Below are positions 19,299 to 29,100 of a stretch of DNA of 64,000 bases, piece after piece. Both the position numbers and the translations under genes were made by a program. The DNA comes from a virus. Taxonomy: Duplodnaviria > Caudoviricetes. The notes beneath the pieces are model-generated. The model did no database searches and was not told the origin of the DNA. It saw only the letters and a program-made list of their open reading frames with translations. Where the stretch lies: the IMG/VR virus record IMGVR_UViG_3300024252_000005. One strand, 5' to 3'. Numbering within the stretch: position 1 is the first letter of the stretch; each line of letters opens with the position of its first letter.

Positions 19299-22200
19299 GT
19301 GGAAAATAGACAAGTAGAATTACTTAGCAATATTGTTAATTTGCTTAAAGAAGGTAATCAACAAAACACAAGAGGCGGCAGATCTGTCGGCAGCTTTAGT
19401 GCTGATGATCTTGTAAAAGTCAGTGAAGCAATAAGTAAAATACCTAAAGCTGTAGACGAAACAAATAAAAAGCTTGGTGAAGTACCTAATGTAATTAGAA
19501 ACGCTTCTCAAATGATGAGTGACTATGGTAAAGCTGTAGGAGGAATAGCAGTTTCAGCACAGCAGATCGACAAGTTTTCTGGAGGTTTATTAGGCAAACT
19601 ATTCGATGCTACGGGAATGAAAAAAATATCTGGAAAGTTTTTAGATATAACGAAAAATATAAGATCATGGGGCTCTGCATTTAAAAATGCAGATGATGGA
19701 GCAAAAAGACTTCTAATCTCAATTGACGGGATGACATCACTAGTTGGGGGCATGTTTAAAACAATTGGTAGCATTGTAGGTTCAGCTGTAAAGGGAGTTG
19801 TTGCAATAGGCACAGGAATAACAAAGTTTATTGTAGGATCATTGTCTTCTGTTTTAACAACTGCAACAAAAATATCAAAGTTTTTAGTTACTTTACCTGT
19901 AGGTATTGCTAATAGAGCAGCAGAGATGGGTAATAAATTAAGACAAGAATTAGTTGAAGTTATTGGACAAGCAGCTGAAGACACAAAAGAGTACTTTGAC
20001 TTAATGTCAAACGGCGGCAAGTCAATGACACAATTGAGAGGAATTGCAGAAGGGTCTTTGCTTTCTTTCCAGAGTGTCAACAGTACAATGACAAAGCTTT
20101 TCGGATTTGGCGCGCAAGGTGCTGCAAACATGATTAGAGAGCTGTCACAAGGCATAAATAATATGGGTATATATGCCGATGTATTTGCTGATTCTACGAC
20201 AAAGTCTGCTACGTCTATAGAGTTTTTTACAAGAATGACAAAAGGCATGGGGATGGCTGCAGATGATATTGCATATGTTATGAGAGATGCAGTAAAAAAT
20301 GGCGAGCACTATTACGTTACAATGACAAGAATGAAAGAAGCATCTGACGCTGCAAGTTATGAGTTTGGCGTGAATAGAAAACTTTTGTCAAAGAACTTCT
20401 TTCAATTAAGAAAAGATATCACAAACTTTGGACACCTTTCAGAAATTGAGCTTATGAAAGTAGCTGCTCGAGCAACACAAATGGGTGTTGAAATGAAAGA
20501 TCTTGCAGGTGTATTTAATAAGTTCGGTACATTTGAAGATGCAGCTAATAGTGCTGCTTTGCTTTCTCAAACATTTGGAATGAATATTGACGCATTGCAG
20601 CTTATTAGAGCTGAAGATCCTATGGAAATAGTTGAAATGTTTAGACAGTCAATGCTTGCAACAGGCAGGTCTTTTGAAGATTTAAACAGGCATGAAAAAT
20701 CATTGATGGCTTCTCATACAGGAATGTCTGTAGAAGCTCTCAAGACAACTATGAACTATAGAACACTTGGCAAGTCTTTCGAAGACATAAAAAAGATAAT
20801 GAATGATCAAAAGCCTGAAGAGCGCCAGATAAGAGCAATGAAAGATATGTCTTCGTCAATGAAAGAGCAATTAAAGATCATGCAAAAGAAAGACTTCTTT
20901 ACAGCATTTCTTGATGGTTTGACAAATACAATAATGTACGCAGGCAAGCTCGGCAAGACAATGAGAAAAGTTAGCAAAAATATGCAAAGCTTTTATGAAG
21001 AAGGTCTAAGAATTAAAAAAGAAGATTTAAATAAAATCCTAGAGCCTTTTGACGAAGTATTAAATAAAATAAATGATGCATTTAGCGTTGATAGTCTAAG
21101 ATTGTTAAAAATGCAAGTTGTTGAAAACGTAAAACTTTTCGTACAAGATATAATGGACCCACAACTATGCTTAACAGGAGCTAGCTGGTTTGACATACAG
21201 CGAAAATGGGATAATAAAATTAGTGGCTTGTTTAGCTTGCAAAGGTTGTTAGATGATCAAGGATTCATTGGTAAACTTGTTAAAGCATCTGGCCAAATGA
21301 TTCAATACATAATTAGAGCTATAGCTCTAGCTGGCCCTGGAATTGTTAAAGGTTTAGGCAATGCTTTTGAAGGAGTAGTCAATTGGCTTACGTCAGGAAA
21401 AATAAGTGAAGCAGTAAATATTGATACTTTTGCTCAGTTTTTAGGTATGAGTACAAAAGATTGTAATCAATTGTTAGAAAGACTTAAAGCTTCTTTTAAC
21501 TCAATAAAAGACTATTTGTTTGGGCCAGAAGAAAAAATGGCATATGAAAAAGGCTTTGGGTCTATGATTGATAATTCTTTAACGCTTTTTCCTACGAAAA
21601 TACAAAAAGTAGCAAGAAAAAAAGGACTTTTTGAAAGATTAGGAGATAAGTTTAAAGAAGTATTTAAGATCAAAGAAGGCGATGGAATATTTTCAAGTTT
21701 GTTTGATAGCTTAACAAAAAAAATAAAAGAACTTTCAGAAAACAAAAAAATACGTGATTCTCTTGAAAATATAGGAGAGCATATTATGAAAGGCATGTCA
21801 AAAGCTTCAAAATCAATTGGAAAAATGGTTGACGCAATAATGACATCAGCTAAGTCTTGGTTAGAAAAAAACGGTTATATAACTAGATCAAAAACAAAGC
21901 TGACAAAGGAGGAAGCTGAAAGAGCTAATGTAAGTAAAGGTACAAGCCTGAGCAGAACTCAAAGCCCTACAACGGGAGAAAATCTTTTAAATAAAGCCCG
22001 AAAAGCTAGAAGTGGAAATGTTGGAGCAGTTATAAACAGTGATCAAAAACCAAACACAGATCCTCGAGATATTTTAGGATTTTCTAGCAGTAGTGCCATG
22101 GTAGATTCTGCTTATAAAGGTGGCACTCTCCTTACAAACAACGCTTTTAAAGGAGGCACAAAGGCTGCAGCGACAACTCTTGGCAAGTTTAAAAATGCAG

Positions 22201-23063
22201 CAAAAGCAGCTGGAAAAGCTGTTCCTCTTTTAAATGTTGGCGTTGAGGCTTATCTAGGAAATGCAAATTATCAGTCTGCTGTAAACTTAATTGATCATTT
22301 CGTATCAGAAGGCGCGATCACTGAAGCCCAAGGTCTAGCTATTCTTGATGAAGCTTTGAGTGATCAAACTACAAATTCTGCTTGGTCAGCGTCAGCTTCA
22401 ACCATAGCCGGCATTGCTGGTACAGCTCTCGGTGCAGGTTTCTTTTCAGCTTTAACTGGTCCAATAGCTGCAATGGCTGGTGACTATTTAGCTAGTGAGA
22501 CAGCAGCTTTTTTTGGCTCACCTCAAGCCGATGAATCTGCATTTTTAGGTCTTAAAGATATAATGAAAAATAGCGAGGTCTTTAAAAACATGATGAGTCA
22601 ACTTAAAAGATCACAAGGAGTTCCAGCTTTAAACGAAGGGTTAAATGAAGTGTTAGGAGAAAATCAAACATCAATGTCGTGGGTTGCTCTCCAAAACAGT
22701 AATATGAGTGACGATGATTTTAAATATCAGTATAATACCAATGCTAAAGCATATATGAGAAATACAACTCTTAATGATCTAGCCTCTTACGGCGGTGATA
22801 GTGGAAAGTTAGACAGAGAAGATGTTGTAGCACTAATTGAGAGAGTAAAAGAAGACAATAAGGATGCTAAGGAAGTTATGAAAAGTTTGAAAAATTTTCT
22901 TGAAGCAGGTAGTGGTGATCCTCAAGTTATCGTAACAGTTGATGGTTATGCTTTAACTTCACATATAACAACGTTGCAAAGACGTCAAGCTCAAGATCCT
23001 TCAAATAACACTGGAACTGATTCTAGGTATGGTTCAAGAAATCTAGGTGCTGAAACACGATAA
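19299..23063 (+). CDS. Tape measure protein
   Basis: 1254 aa, helical Ala/Gly/Met/Lys-rich; GTG start with AGGAG SD; follows the chaperone pair. Confidence 0.8.
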   Translation: MENRQVELLSNIVNLLKEGNQQNTRGGRSVGSFSADDLVKVSEAISKIPKAVDETNKKLGEVPNVIRNASQMMSDYGKAVGGIAVSAQQIDKFSGGLLGKLFDATGMKKISGKFLDITKNIRSWGSAFKNADDGAKRLLISIDGMTSLVGGMFKTIGSIVGSAVKGVVAIGTGITKFIVGSLSSVLTTATKISKFLVTLPVGIANRAAEMGNKLRQELVEVIGQAAEDTKEYFDLMSNGGKSMTQLRGIAEGSLLSFQSVNSTMTKLFGFGAQGAANMIRELSQGINNMGIYADVFADSTTKSATSIEFFTRMTKGMGMAADDIAYVMRDAVKNGEHYYVTMTRMKEASDAASYEFGVNRKLLSKNFFQLRKDITNFGHLSEIELMKVAARATQMGVEMKDLAGVFNKFGTFEDAANSAALLSQTFGMNIDALQLIRAEDPMEIVEMFRQSMLATGRSFEDLNRHEKSLMASHTGMSVEALKTTMNYRTLGKSFEDIKKIMNDQKPEERQIRAMKDMSSSMKEQLKIMQKKDFFTAFLDGLTNTIMYAGKLGKTMRKVSKNMQSFYEEGLRIKKEDLNKILEPFDEVLNKINDAFSVDSLRLLKMQVVENVKLFVQDIMDPQLCLTGASWFDIQRKWDNKISGLFSLQRLLDDQGFIGKLVKASGQMIQYIIRAIALAGPGIVKGLGNAFEGVVNWLTSGKISEAVNIDTFAQFLGMSTKDCNQLLERLKASFNSIKDYLFGPEEKMAYEKGFGSMIDNSLTLFPTKIQKVARKKGLFERLGDKFKEVFKIKEGDGIFSSLFDSLTKKIKELSENKKIRDSLENIGEHIMKGMSKASKSIGKMVDAIMTSAKSWLEKNGYITRSKTKLTKEEAERANVSKGTSLSRTQSPTTGENLLNKARKARSGNVGAVINSDQKPNTDPRDILGFSSSSAMVDSAYKGGTLLTNNAFKGGTKAAATTLGKFKNAAKAAGKAVPLLNVGVEAYLGNANYQSAVNLIDHFVSEGAITEAQGLAILDEALSDQTTNSAWSASASTIAGIAGTALGAGFFSALTGPIAAMAGDYLASETAAFFGSPQADESAFLGLKDIMKNSEVFKNMMSQLKRSQGVPALNEGLNEVLGENQTSMSWVALQNSNMSDDDFKYQYNTNAKAYMRNTTLNDLASYGGDSGKLDREDVVALIERVKEDNKDAKEVMKSLKNFLEAGSGDPQVIVTVDGYALTSHITTLQRRQAQDPSNNTGTDSRYGSRNLGAETR

Positions 23064-23072
23064 GAGATTGAT

Positions 23073-23321
23073 ATGTATAAAGTTGATGTAAGACAAAAAA
23101 TAGATGAAATGAGATTACCAGAATTGATTGCGCAAGCACTTTCTAAAAAACTTGATAAACCATATGAGGAGATATTAAAGTTAATGCAGGAGAGGCTTGA
23201 TAAAAAAATTGATGAAGTTGAAAACAATTTATCAGCTGTAGGTAAGGCAAAAGATATAAGTATAGATAATCCGAAAGATCTCGATGATTTCTTAAAAGAT
23301 AAAAAAGTTATTAAAGGATAA
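23073..23321 (+). CDS. Hypothetical protein
   Basis: ORF tightly packed between tape measure and baseplate genes. Confidence 0.65.
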   Translation: MYKVDVRQKIDEMRLPELIAQALSKKLDKPYEEILKLMQERLDKKIDEVENNLSAVGKAKDISIDNPKDLDDFLKDKKVIKG

Positions 23322-23327
23322 TAGAAA

Positions 23328-25883
23328 ATGCCAAAGTATATTCTCAACACAAAGGGTAAAATTGTTGAAAGAGATAGTCCTGATTCTGAAAGGGATGCTA
23401 CAGAGTTAGCAGGAGAATATACAGGTAAAGCTGGCTCATATTATGAAGATAAAATTGGTGGTGTTTTATCTAATGTTAATTTGCCATTCACTACATCTGC
23501 TGCTAGTCTTCTAAATTCAGGTAATGATGAAAAAAAACATACAATAGGAAGTGTTACACCTAGTTTTACTAATTTACCAAATGGTGAAAATGATATATTT
23601 CCAGAGAGAAAAGATAATAACTTTTTGATTAATCCATCTTTTGGTGCTGATAAGCCTGTAAAATTTCATAAAAACTTTAATGATTACTTAAATAGCGAAG
23701 ATCCTCCTAAACTTAGCTCTCATAGCTCTATATTCGCAGATGAGCTTGAAATGATAGCAGGACTTGAATTTAATAGTTTTGGAGTAACTGACTTTTCTAG
23801 ACTTCTGTTTGTCTTTGATTATATTTTTGAAGCAATAGCTTATATTGCTGTTATAGAAGGTATATTAGCTACAGAAAAATTAATTGTAGGTAGTGATGGC
23901 AAAACAACAAACGATGTCATGGAAGACTATCAAATGGAACTAGGTAATTATGGTCCTGTAAGTTATAATGTGCTTTCTAGATTCATATATGATGTTCTTC
24001 AATATCCCAAAGACAAGAGAAGTACAGGAATAGATGAAAGAATAGGAGCTTTTATTGTTGGTTTATCATTCTATGTAAATTCTGACCCAAAGTTTTTTAT
24101 GAAAAAGTTCGGATCAGAATTGCACAAAAAAGAATCAAAAGAAAAAAGGCAACTAGCAAGTGGTATAAAATATCTGCCCATAATATCAGAAATTGCTTAT
24201 TATTTTATAGAAAGTATTTCAACATTATCTAAAATAGGTCAAAATAGACTTTTTATGTTGATTAGAAGATTTCATCAAAAAGCAGACTGGCATAAAAATG
24301 TTTTATATAAAGCAAAGTCAAAGAGTCCAGAAAACTTTGTTGATAAGTTTATTGTTGAGTTAAACTACTATTATGTAAAGTTTATTATAGAGAGAATGAA
24401 TATAGGCCTAAAGTTAAAAAACTACTATAAACATTTAGATGGTAACACAAAAAAATTTAATAGATCAGCAAGGCTTAAAGATAGCTCTAATGGTTTAAAT
24501 ATTTTAAAGTACGATAGGAGTAGTAAAACTTTAAAAATAGAAGATTTTGTCTCTAATAATAATCATATAAAAAACAAAAATGAAACAAGACAAAGTATGT
24601 CAAACTCAGCTCTACCTCAAGCTTTCATTTTACCTGATTCTTTTATACGAAGTATGGGTGTAAAAGAAAGCACAGATGGAAATGTAAAGTTGTTCTCAAA
24701 AGCATTTGCTGAAGAGCATGTGAGTTCATATTTTATTAATACTAGTAAAAGTCAAGAAAGACTTTCACCGCAAGTAGTTGCTGAGATGGAAGAATACTAC
24801 GAAAAAGAAATGATGCCATTCTACTTTCAGGATTTAAGAACAAATGAAATTATTGGGTTTCATGCCTTTATTGACTCTATAACAGATAACTTTAACCCTA
24901 ATTACAACCCTACAAAGGGATTTGGTAGAATTGATGCAGTTCAGCATTATATTGATACAACAAGAAACGTTAATGTTACGTTTACATTAGCAGCTATGTC
25001 CAAAGAAGATCATGATTTAATGTGGTATCAAATAAATAAAATTGTATCTATGTGTTATCCACAATGGTCAGAAGGATTTAAAAAGAAAACAAAAGATGGC
25101 GAAAAAGTAACAGAAGATCAATTTGGTAAAGTTTTTCCTTTTACTCAAGTTCCTACAGCTTCACCTTTAATAAGAATGAGAATAGGTGACGTGATAAAGT
25201 CAAACTATACAAAGCATGCAATTGAAAAACTTCACGGCAGCGGTAACAAAGAATATATTCCAGAAGATCGAATGGGAAAAGCAATTGTTGATCAAAAAGC
25301 TACTGAATATTATCTTTTGCCAGGTGAGTATAAGAGATTTGATGCTAATACTTTTCATATAGTAAAAGAGTTGCTATTTTTAGATCCAATTCTTTTTAGA
25401 ATAGAACATCAAGGCAATGAAAAGTTTTCTACAATAGATTTTGGGCAAGATGGTAAAGTTGAAGTTGATAATAAAAGCATAGTAGAGTATATAAAACCAG
25501 TCTTTGTAAAACAAGTTTACAAAGAGAAAGACTATCAAAAATACACAAAAGCCTTTAAAGATTATACAAAAGCTTATGATAAAGCTGACAATGTAAATAA
25601 TCCTGTAACAGCTGCGTATGAGACAACATTAGGAAAGGGTTTGGCTGGCTTTATAACAATGTTGGATGTTAATTATAATGATCAATTATGGGAAACAGAA
25701 GTTGTAGGGTCAAAAGCGCCTAAGCTTGTTAAGCTAACTATTAACTTTGCACCTATACACGACATACCACCTGGGCTTGATGCAGATGGATCAATGAGAG
25801 CTCCTGTTTATAATACTGGACGCATTATTAACACAATGTATGGTGATGTATATGATAAAAAAGAAGTTAAAAACAGAGACTAA
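23328..25883 (+). CDS. Putative baseplate / tail tube initiator protein
   Basis: PFYFQDLR..IIGFHAFI..ITD, GRIDAV..Y..TTR.V.V.F domain of tube-initiator-like fold; synteny. Confidence 0.5.
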   Translation: MPKYILNTKGKIVERDSPDSERDATELAGEYTGKAGSYYEDKIGGVLSNVNLPFTTSAASLLNSGNDEKKHTIGSVTPSFTNLPNGENDIFPERKDNNFLINPSFGADKPVKFHKNFNDYLNSEDPPKLSSHSSIFADELEMIAGLEFNSFGVTDFSRLLFVFDYIFEAIAYIAVIEGILATEKLIVGSDGKTTNDVMEDYQMELGNYGPVSYNVLSRFIYDVLQYPKDKRSTGIDERIGAFIVGLSFYVNSDPKFFMKKFGSELHKKESKEKRQLASGIKYLPIISEIAYYFIESISTLSKIGQNRLFMLIRRFHQKADWHKNVLYKAKSKSPENFVDKFIVELNYYYVKFIIERMNIGLKLKNYYKHLDGNTKKFNRSARLKDSSNGLNILKYDRSSKTLKIEDFVSNNNHIKNKNETRQSMSNSALPQAFILPDSFIRSMGVKESTDGNVKLFSKAFAEEHVSSYFINTSKSQERLSPQVVAEMEEYYEKEMMPFYFQDLRTNEIIGFHAFIDSITDNFNPNYNPTKGFGRIDAVQHYIDTTRNVNVTFTLAAMSKEDHDLMWYQINKIVSMCYPQWSEGFKKKTKDGEKVTEDQFGKVFPFTQVPTASPLIRMRIGDVIKSNYTKHAIEKLHGSGNKEYIPEDRMGKAIVDQKATEYYLLPGEYKRFDANTFHIVKELLFLDPILFRIEHQGNEKFSTIDFGQDGKVEVDNKSIVEYIKPVFVKQVYKEKDYQKYTKAFKDYTKAYDKADNVNNPVTAAYETTLGKGLAGFITMLDVNYNDQLWETEVVGSKAPKLVKLTINFAPIHDIPPGLDADGSMRAPVYNTGRIINTMYGDVYDKKEVKNRD

Positions 25884-25894
25884 AGGAATAGCAA

Positions 25895-26176
25895 ATGCCT
25901 ATTAGAAGATATGTTAGATCAACAGGTGGAGAGTTAAGTATATCAAACGAGATATATAGAGCTGTTCAGAATAATACAATATCTTTCAAAACTCAAACAA
26001 CAACATCGGGTGATAGACTAGATCATATAGCATTTAAAGAATATAAAGATGCACAATATTGGTGGATTATTGCTGCAGCAAGTGGAATAGGTTGGTGGTT
26101 ACAAGTACCTGAAGGTGTTGTTTTGAATATTCCTACAAATCTTGACCAAGTTGAAAATCTAAGTGAGAATCTATAA
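25895..26176 (+). CDS. LysM / tail protein X-like baseplate protein
   Basis: GDRLDHIAFKEY.DAQYWWIIAAAS...G..L.IP motif. Confidence 0.75.
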   Translation: MPIRRYVRSTGGELSISNEIYRAVQNNTISFKTQTTTSGDRLDHIAFKEYKDAQYWWIIAAASGIGWWLQVPEGVVLNIPTNLDQVENLSENL

Positions 26177-29100
26177 TGACAACGGGCCCAGACAAATTAA
26201 CAGCTTCAAAAGAAATTGATAAAATTAATTATGGCAGATCTTTTAATGTATTAGAAAATGCTAACGCTAGCGATTATTTGCAATCATTTTCTTACGAGGA
26301 AATTATTAAAAGAAATTTTAATAAAAAAGACTCAGAGCTTAATCAAATGAGCAGAGATTCAAAAGACAAGTTTTTTGTCATGTTGTCAAATATATTCCAA
26401 TCTGTAACAACAAAAGGATTTACTACTTATGAAATTGTAGAATACATTAGTGATTCTATGAAAGAAATAAGTGGTAAAGATAAAATAATAATTAAAAGTG
26501 TCCTAAGCAATACATTGGCAGTTTTCCATAAAGATTACTCAACTGATCCTAATATAAACGATGAAGTAGCAAAATTAATACTTTACTCAAAAGGCTCAGA
26601 AGTACAAAATCAATTCGGTACTGCTAATGGTCAAAAAACAGATGATTATAATACATCAAAATTAATAAACTTTGATACTGATGACAAGACTAAGTCTAAA
26701 AAAACAGAAAAAGATAAAAGTATTTTTTCAAAACTAAATACAGAGCATCAAAGCCCTAGGAAAGATGCTCCTTCACTTTCTGTTGTTATGTTGAATGATA
26801 GAAATTTAAGATGTGGCACAAGAAATGCTTTAGAAATATCTTCTTTTTTTAATTTAATTACAACATTAGAGTATGCTAAAGCTTATCCGTTTTTCAATGC
26901 AACATTTATCCTACCAAATCAATCCAAGCAAGATGTAACAAATATATTTAAAACAGCTACACTAAATCAATTTATGTTTGGTTCAAGGAAAGAAGGCACT
27001 ACTAGCAGCTATAAAGACTTTGAGGGTGCTATAGTAAAAGATGACGATAAAATAGGCGTAAATACAAATCTTTCAGTTTTCATGCATCCACAAACAATGG
27101 TTAATATGAATGAGAAGACTGGTCATAGAGATGTTTATAATTCTAAAGATAAGCGCCTTAGAATAACTTCTATTCATGACAAAACAAGGCCTTTTATGAC
27201 GCTTAAAGACTTTACTATTGATGTGTCCCCAACTAAAGGTCTAATGTCTTTTAAGACTGGTAAAATATCTTTAGTTTTGCACGATAGAACTAGAATGGCA
27301 GATATTGCGCCTTTTATTAAACCAGATTTATTTGGTGCTTTTGGCGCTGAAATTGCAGTTGAATATGGCTGGATACACAATAGCGGACAAGAAAAAGACA
27401 AAAATGGTAACTTTATAAATCCTATTGGCGCTTTTTTAGATTCTTCTAGATGCATTGAAAAGTATATTATCGTAAACTCACAGTTTACAATTGAAAACAA
27501 TGGTCAAGTAAACATAAATCTTTCAATAGCAATGAAAGGACCAGTTGATGTTAGACAGACAGAGATATTTTCTGATGCTGAAAAGCTTGTTCAAAAAAAT
27601 AAATTTGATTCTGCTTACACAAGATATTCAGAATTAATTTTTGAATTAAAAAAAATAATTGGAGGTAGCGCTTCTCCTTTTAACTTTAATACAACAGTTA
27701 GCAATGCTAGCAACTTATTTCAGGGTAAAACTGTACAAAAGAGAAACGTTAAAAGTTTAAAAAGTGCTATTAGAAAAATCGATAGTGCTATATCAACTTT
27801 TAATAAATTTGCACTTTCTGATGATAAACACATTATATCTTCGAAAAACGCAGCGATCCCTCCCGCCAAAATAAATGCAATGACACCTTATTTTAGCGGT
27901 ATTACAATTTCAAGCAATGCAACTTTTAATAATAATAATCAAATAGTAGTAGGTGAAAATGAAGCAGAAAGTGTATATTCTTTACTTTCTAGTATTAAAA
28001 CACAAATTTCAAGAATTAGAACGATTCTTAGAGGCTTTGTAATATCTATTGACAGCTTTGAAGAGAGAATTCAAAACTATACAAAGTCTTTAATTGGTGG
28101 CACAGAAAGTGAAATGTTTAATGACAAAGTCTTTGCAAAAGATAATGAAGCTCTGTTACCAGCATCTTATAGTCATAAAAACTATATAACTCTTGGAACA
28201 TTTATTTCTTCGTTAGTAGGCACTCATATGGTATCTACAGAAAAATATGACGAAATACAGCTCATATTTCATACAGTTAATGAAAAATCTGGTTTAGCAG
28301 GAAAGAATAATTTAAACATTGCATCATTACCTATAAAAAAAGATTTTCTTGAAGCTTTTTTAAGAAATCTTTTTGAAAAAAATGCTAGACTAACTCTTGA
28401 GTCACTCATAAGTCAAGTAATTATTAATTTTGTTTTAACAAAAGACAACCCATATTATGGCTTGAGTGATATTTTTTCTAGAAAAGAATTTAACTCCCCC
28501 GTTAAAGAAAGTTCGCCAAAAAGAAAGAGAGCAGTTAAAGATACACCAGACGAAAGACTTAACAAGATATACTATGGCGATGACAAGGATTCATACGAAA
28601 AAAATCCACAGTTTATACCACCTTCAGTGCATTTGACATTTGATACTTTAACAAACCCAGACAACGATTCTTTTGAAAGAACTATATGTAGAATTACTGT
28701 ATATGATAGAAATGATAATCCGTATCAAGAACTTTCAAATATATATAATAGTAATATAAAAAAAGACTTCAATAGGATAAATGCACTTTCTAGATTGATA
28801 AACAAACAAAAAAATATTGAATCTAAAATAAAAGCTTATGAAAGCACAAGGCCTAGAACAAGAAGAGATAGAAGAAGTAAAAAGAAAAATCTAACAAAAT
28901 TAAAAAAAGAATTAGCTAAACATAACAAAGGATCAATAACAGATATACAAACAAAAGTTTTAGAGTTAACTGAAGGCCAAGATGCACTTTTTGAGCAAGT
29001 AACAGAAAATGGTGAAACTTTTTATAGATTTAGAGAAGGTGTACAATTTACTGATTTAAAAGAAAAGTATAAATATATAATACCTTCAGCTACGTTTGCA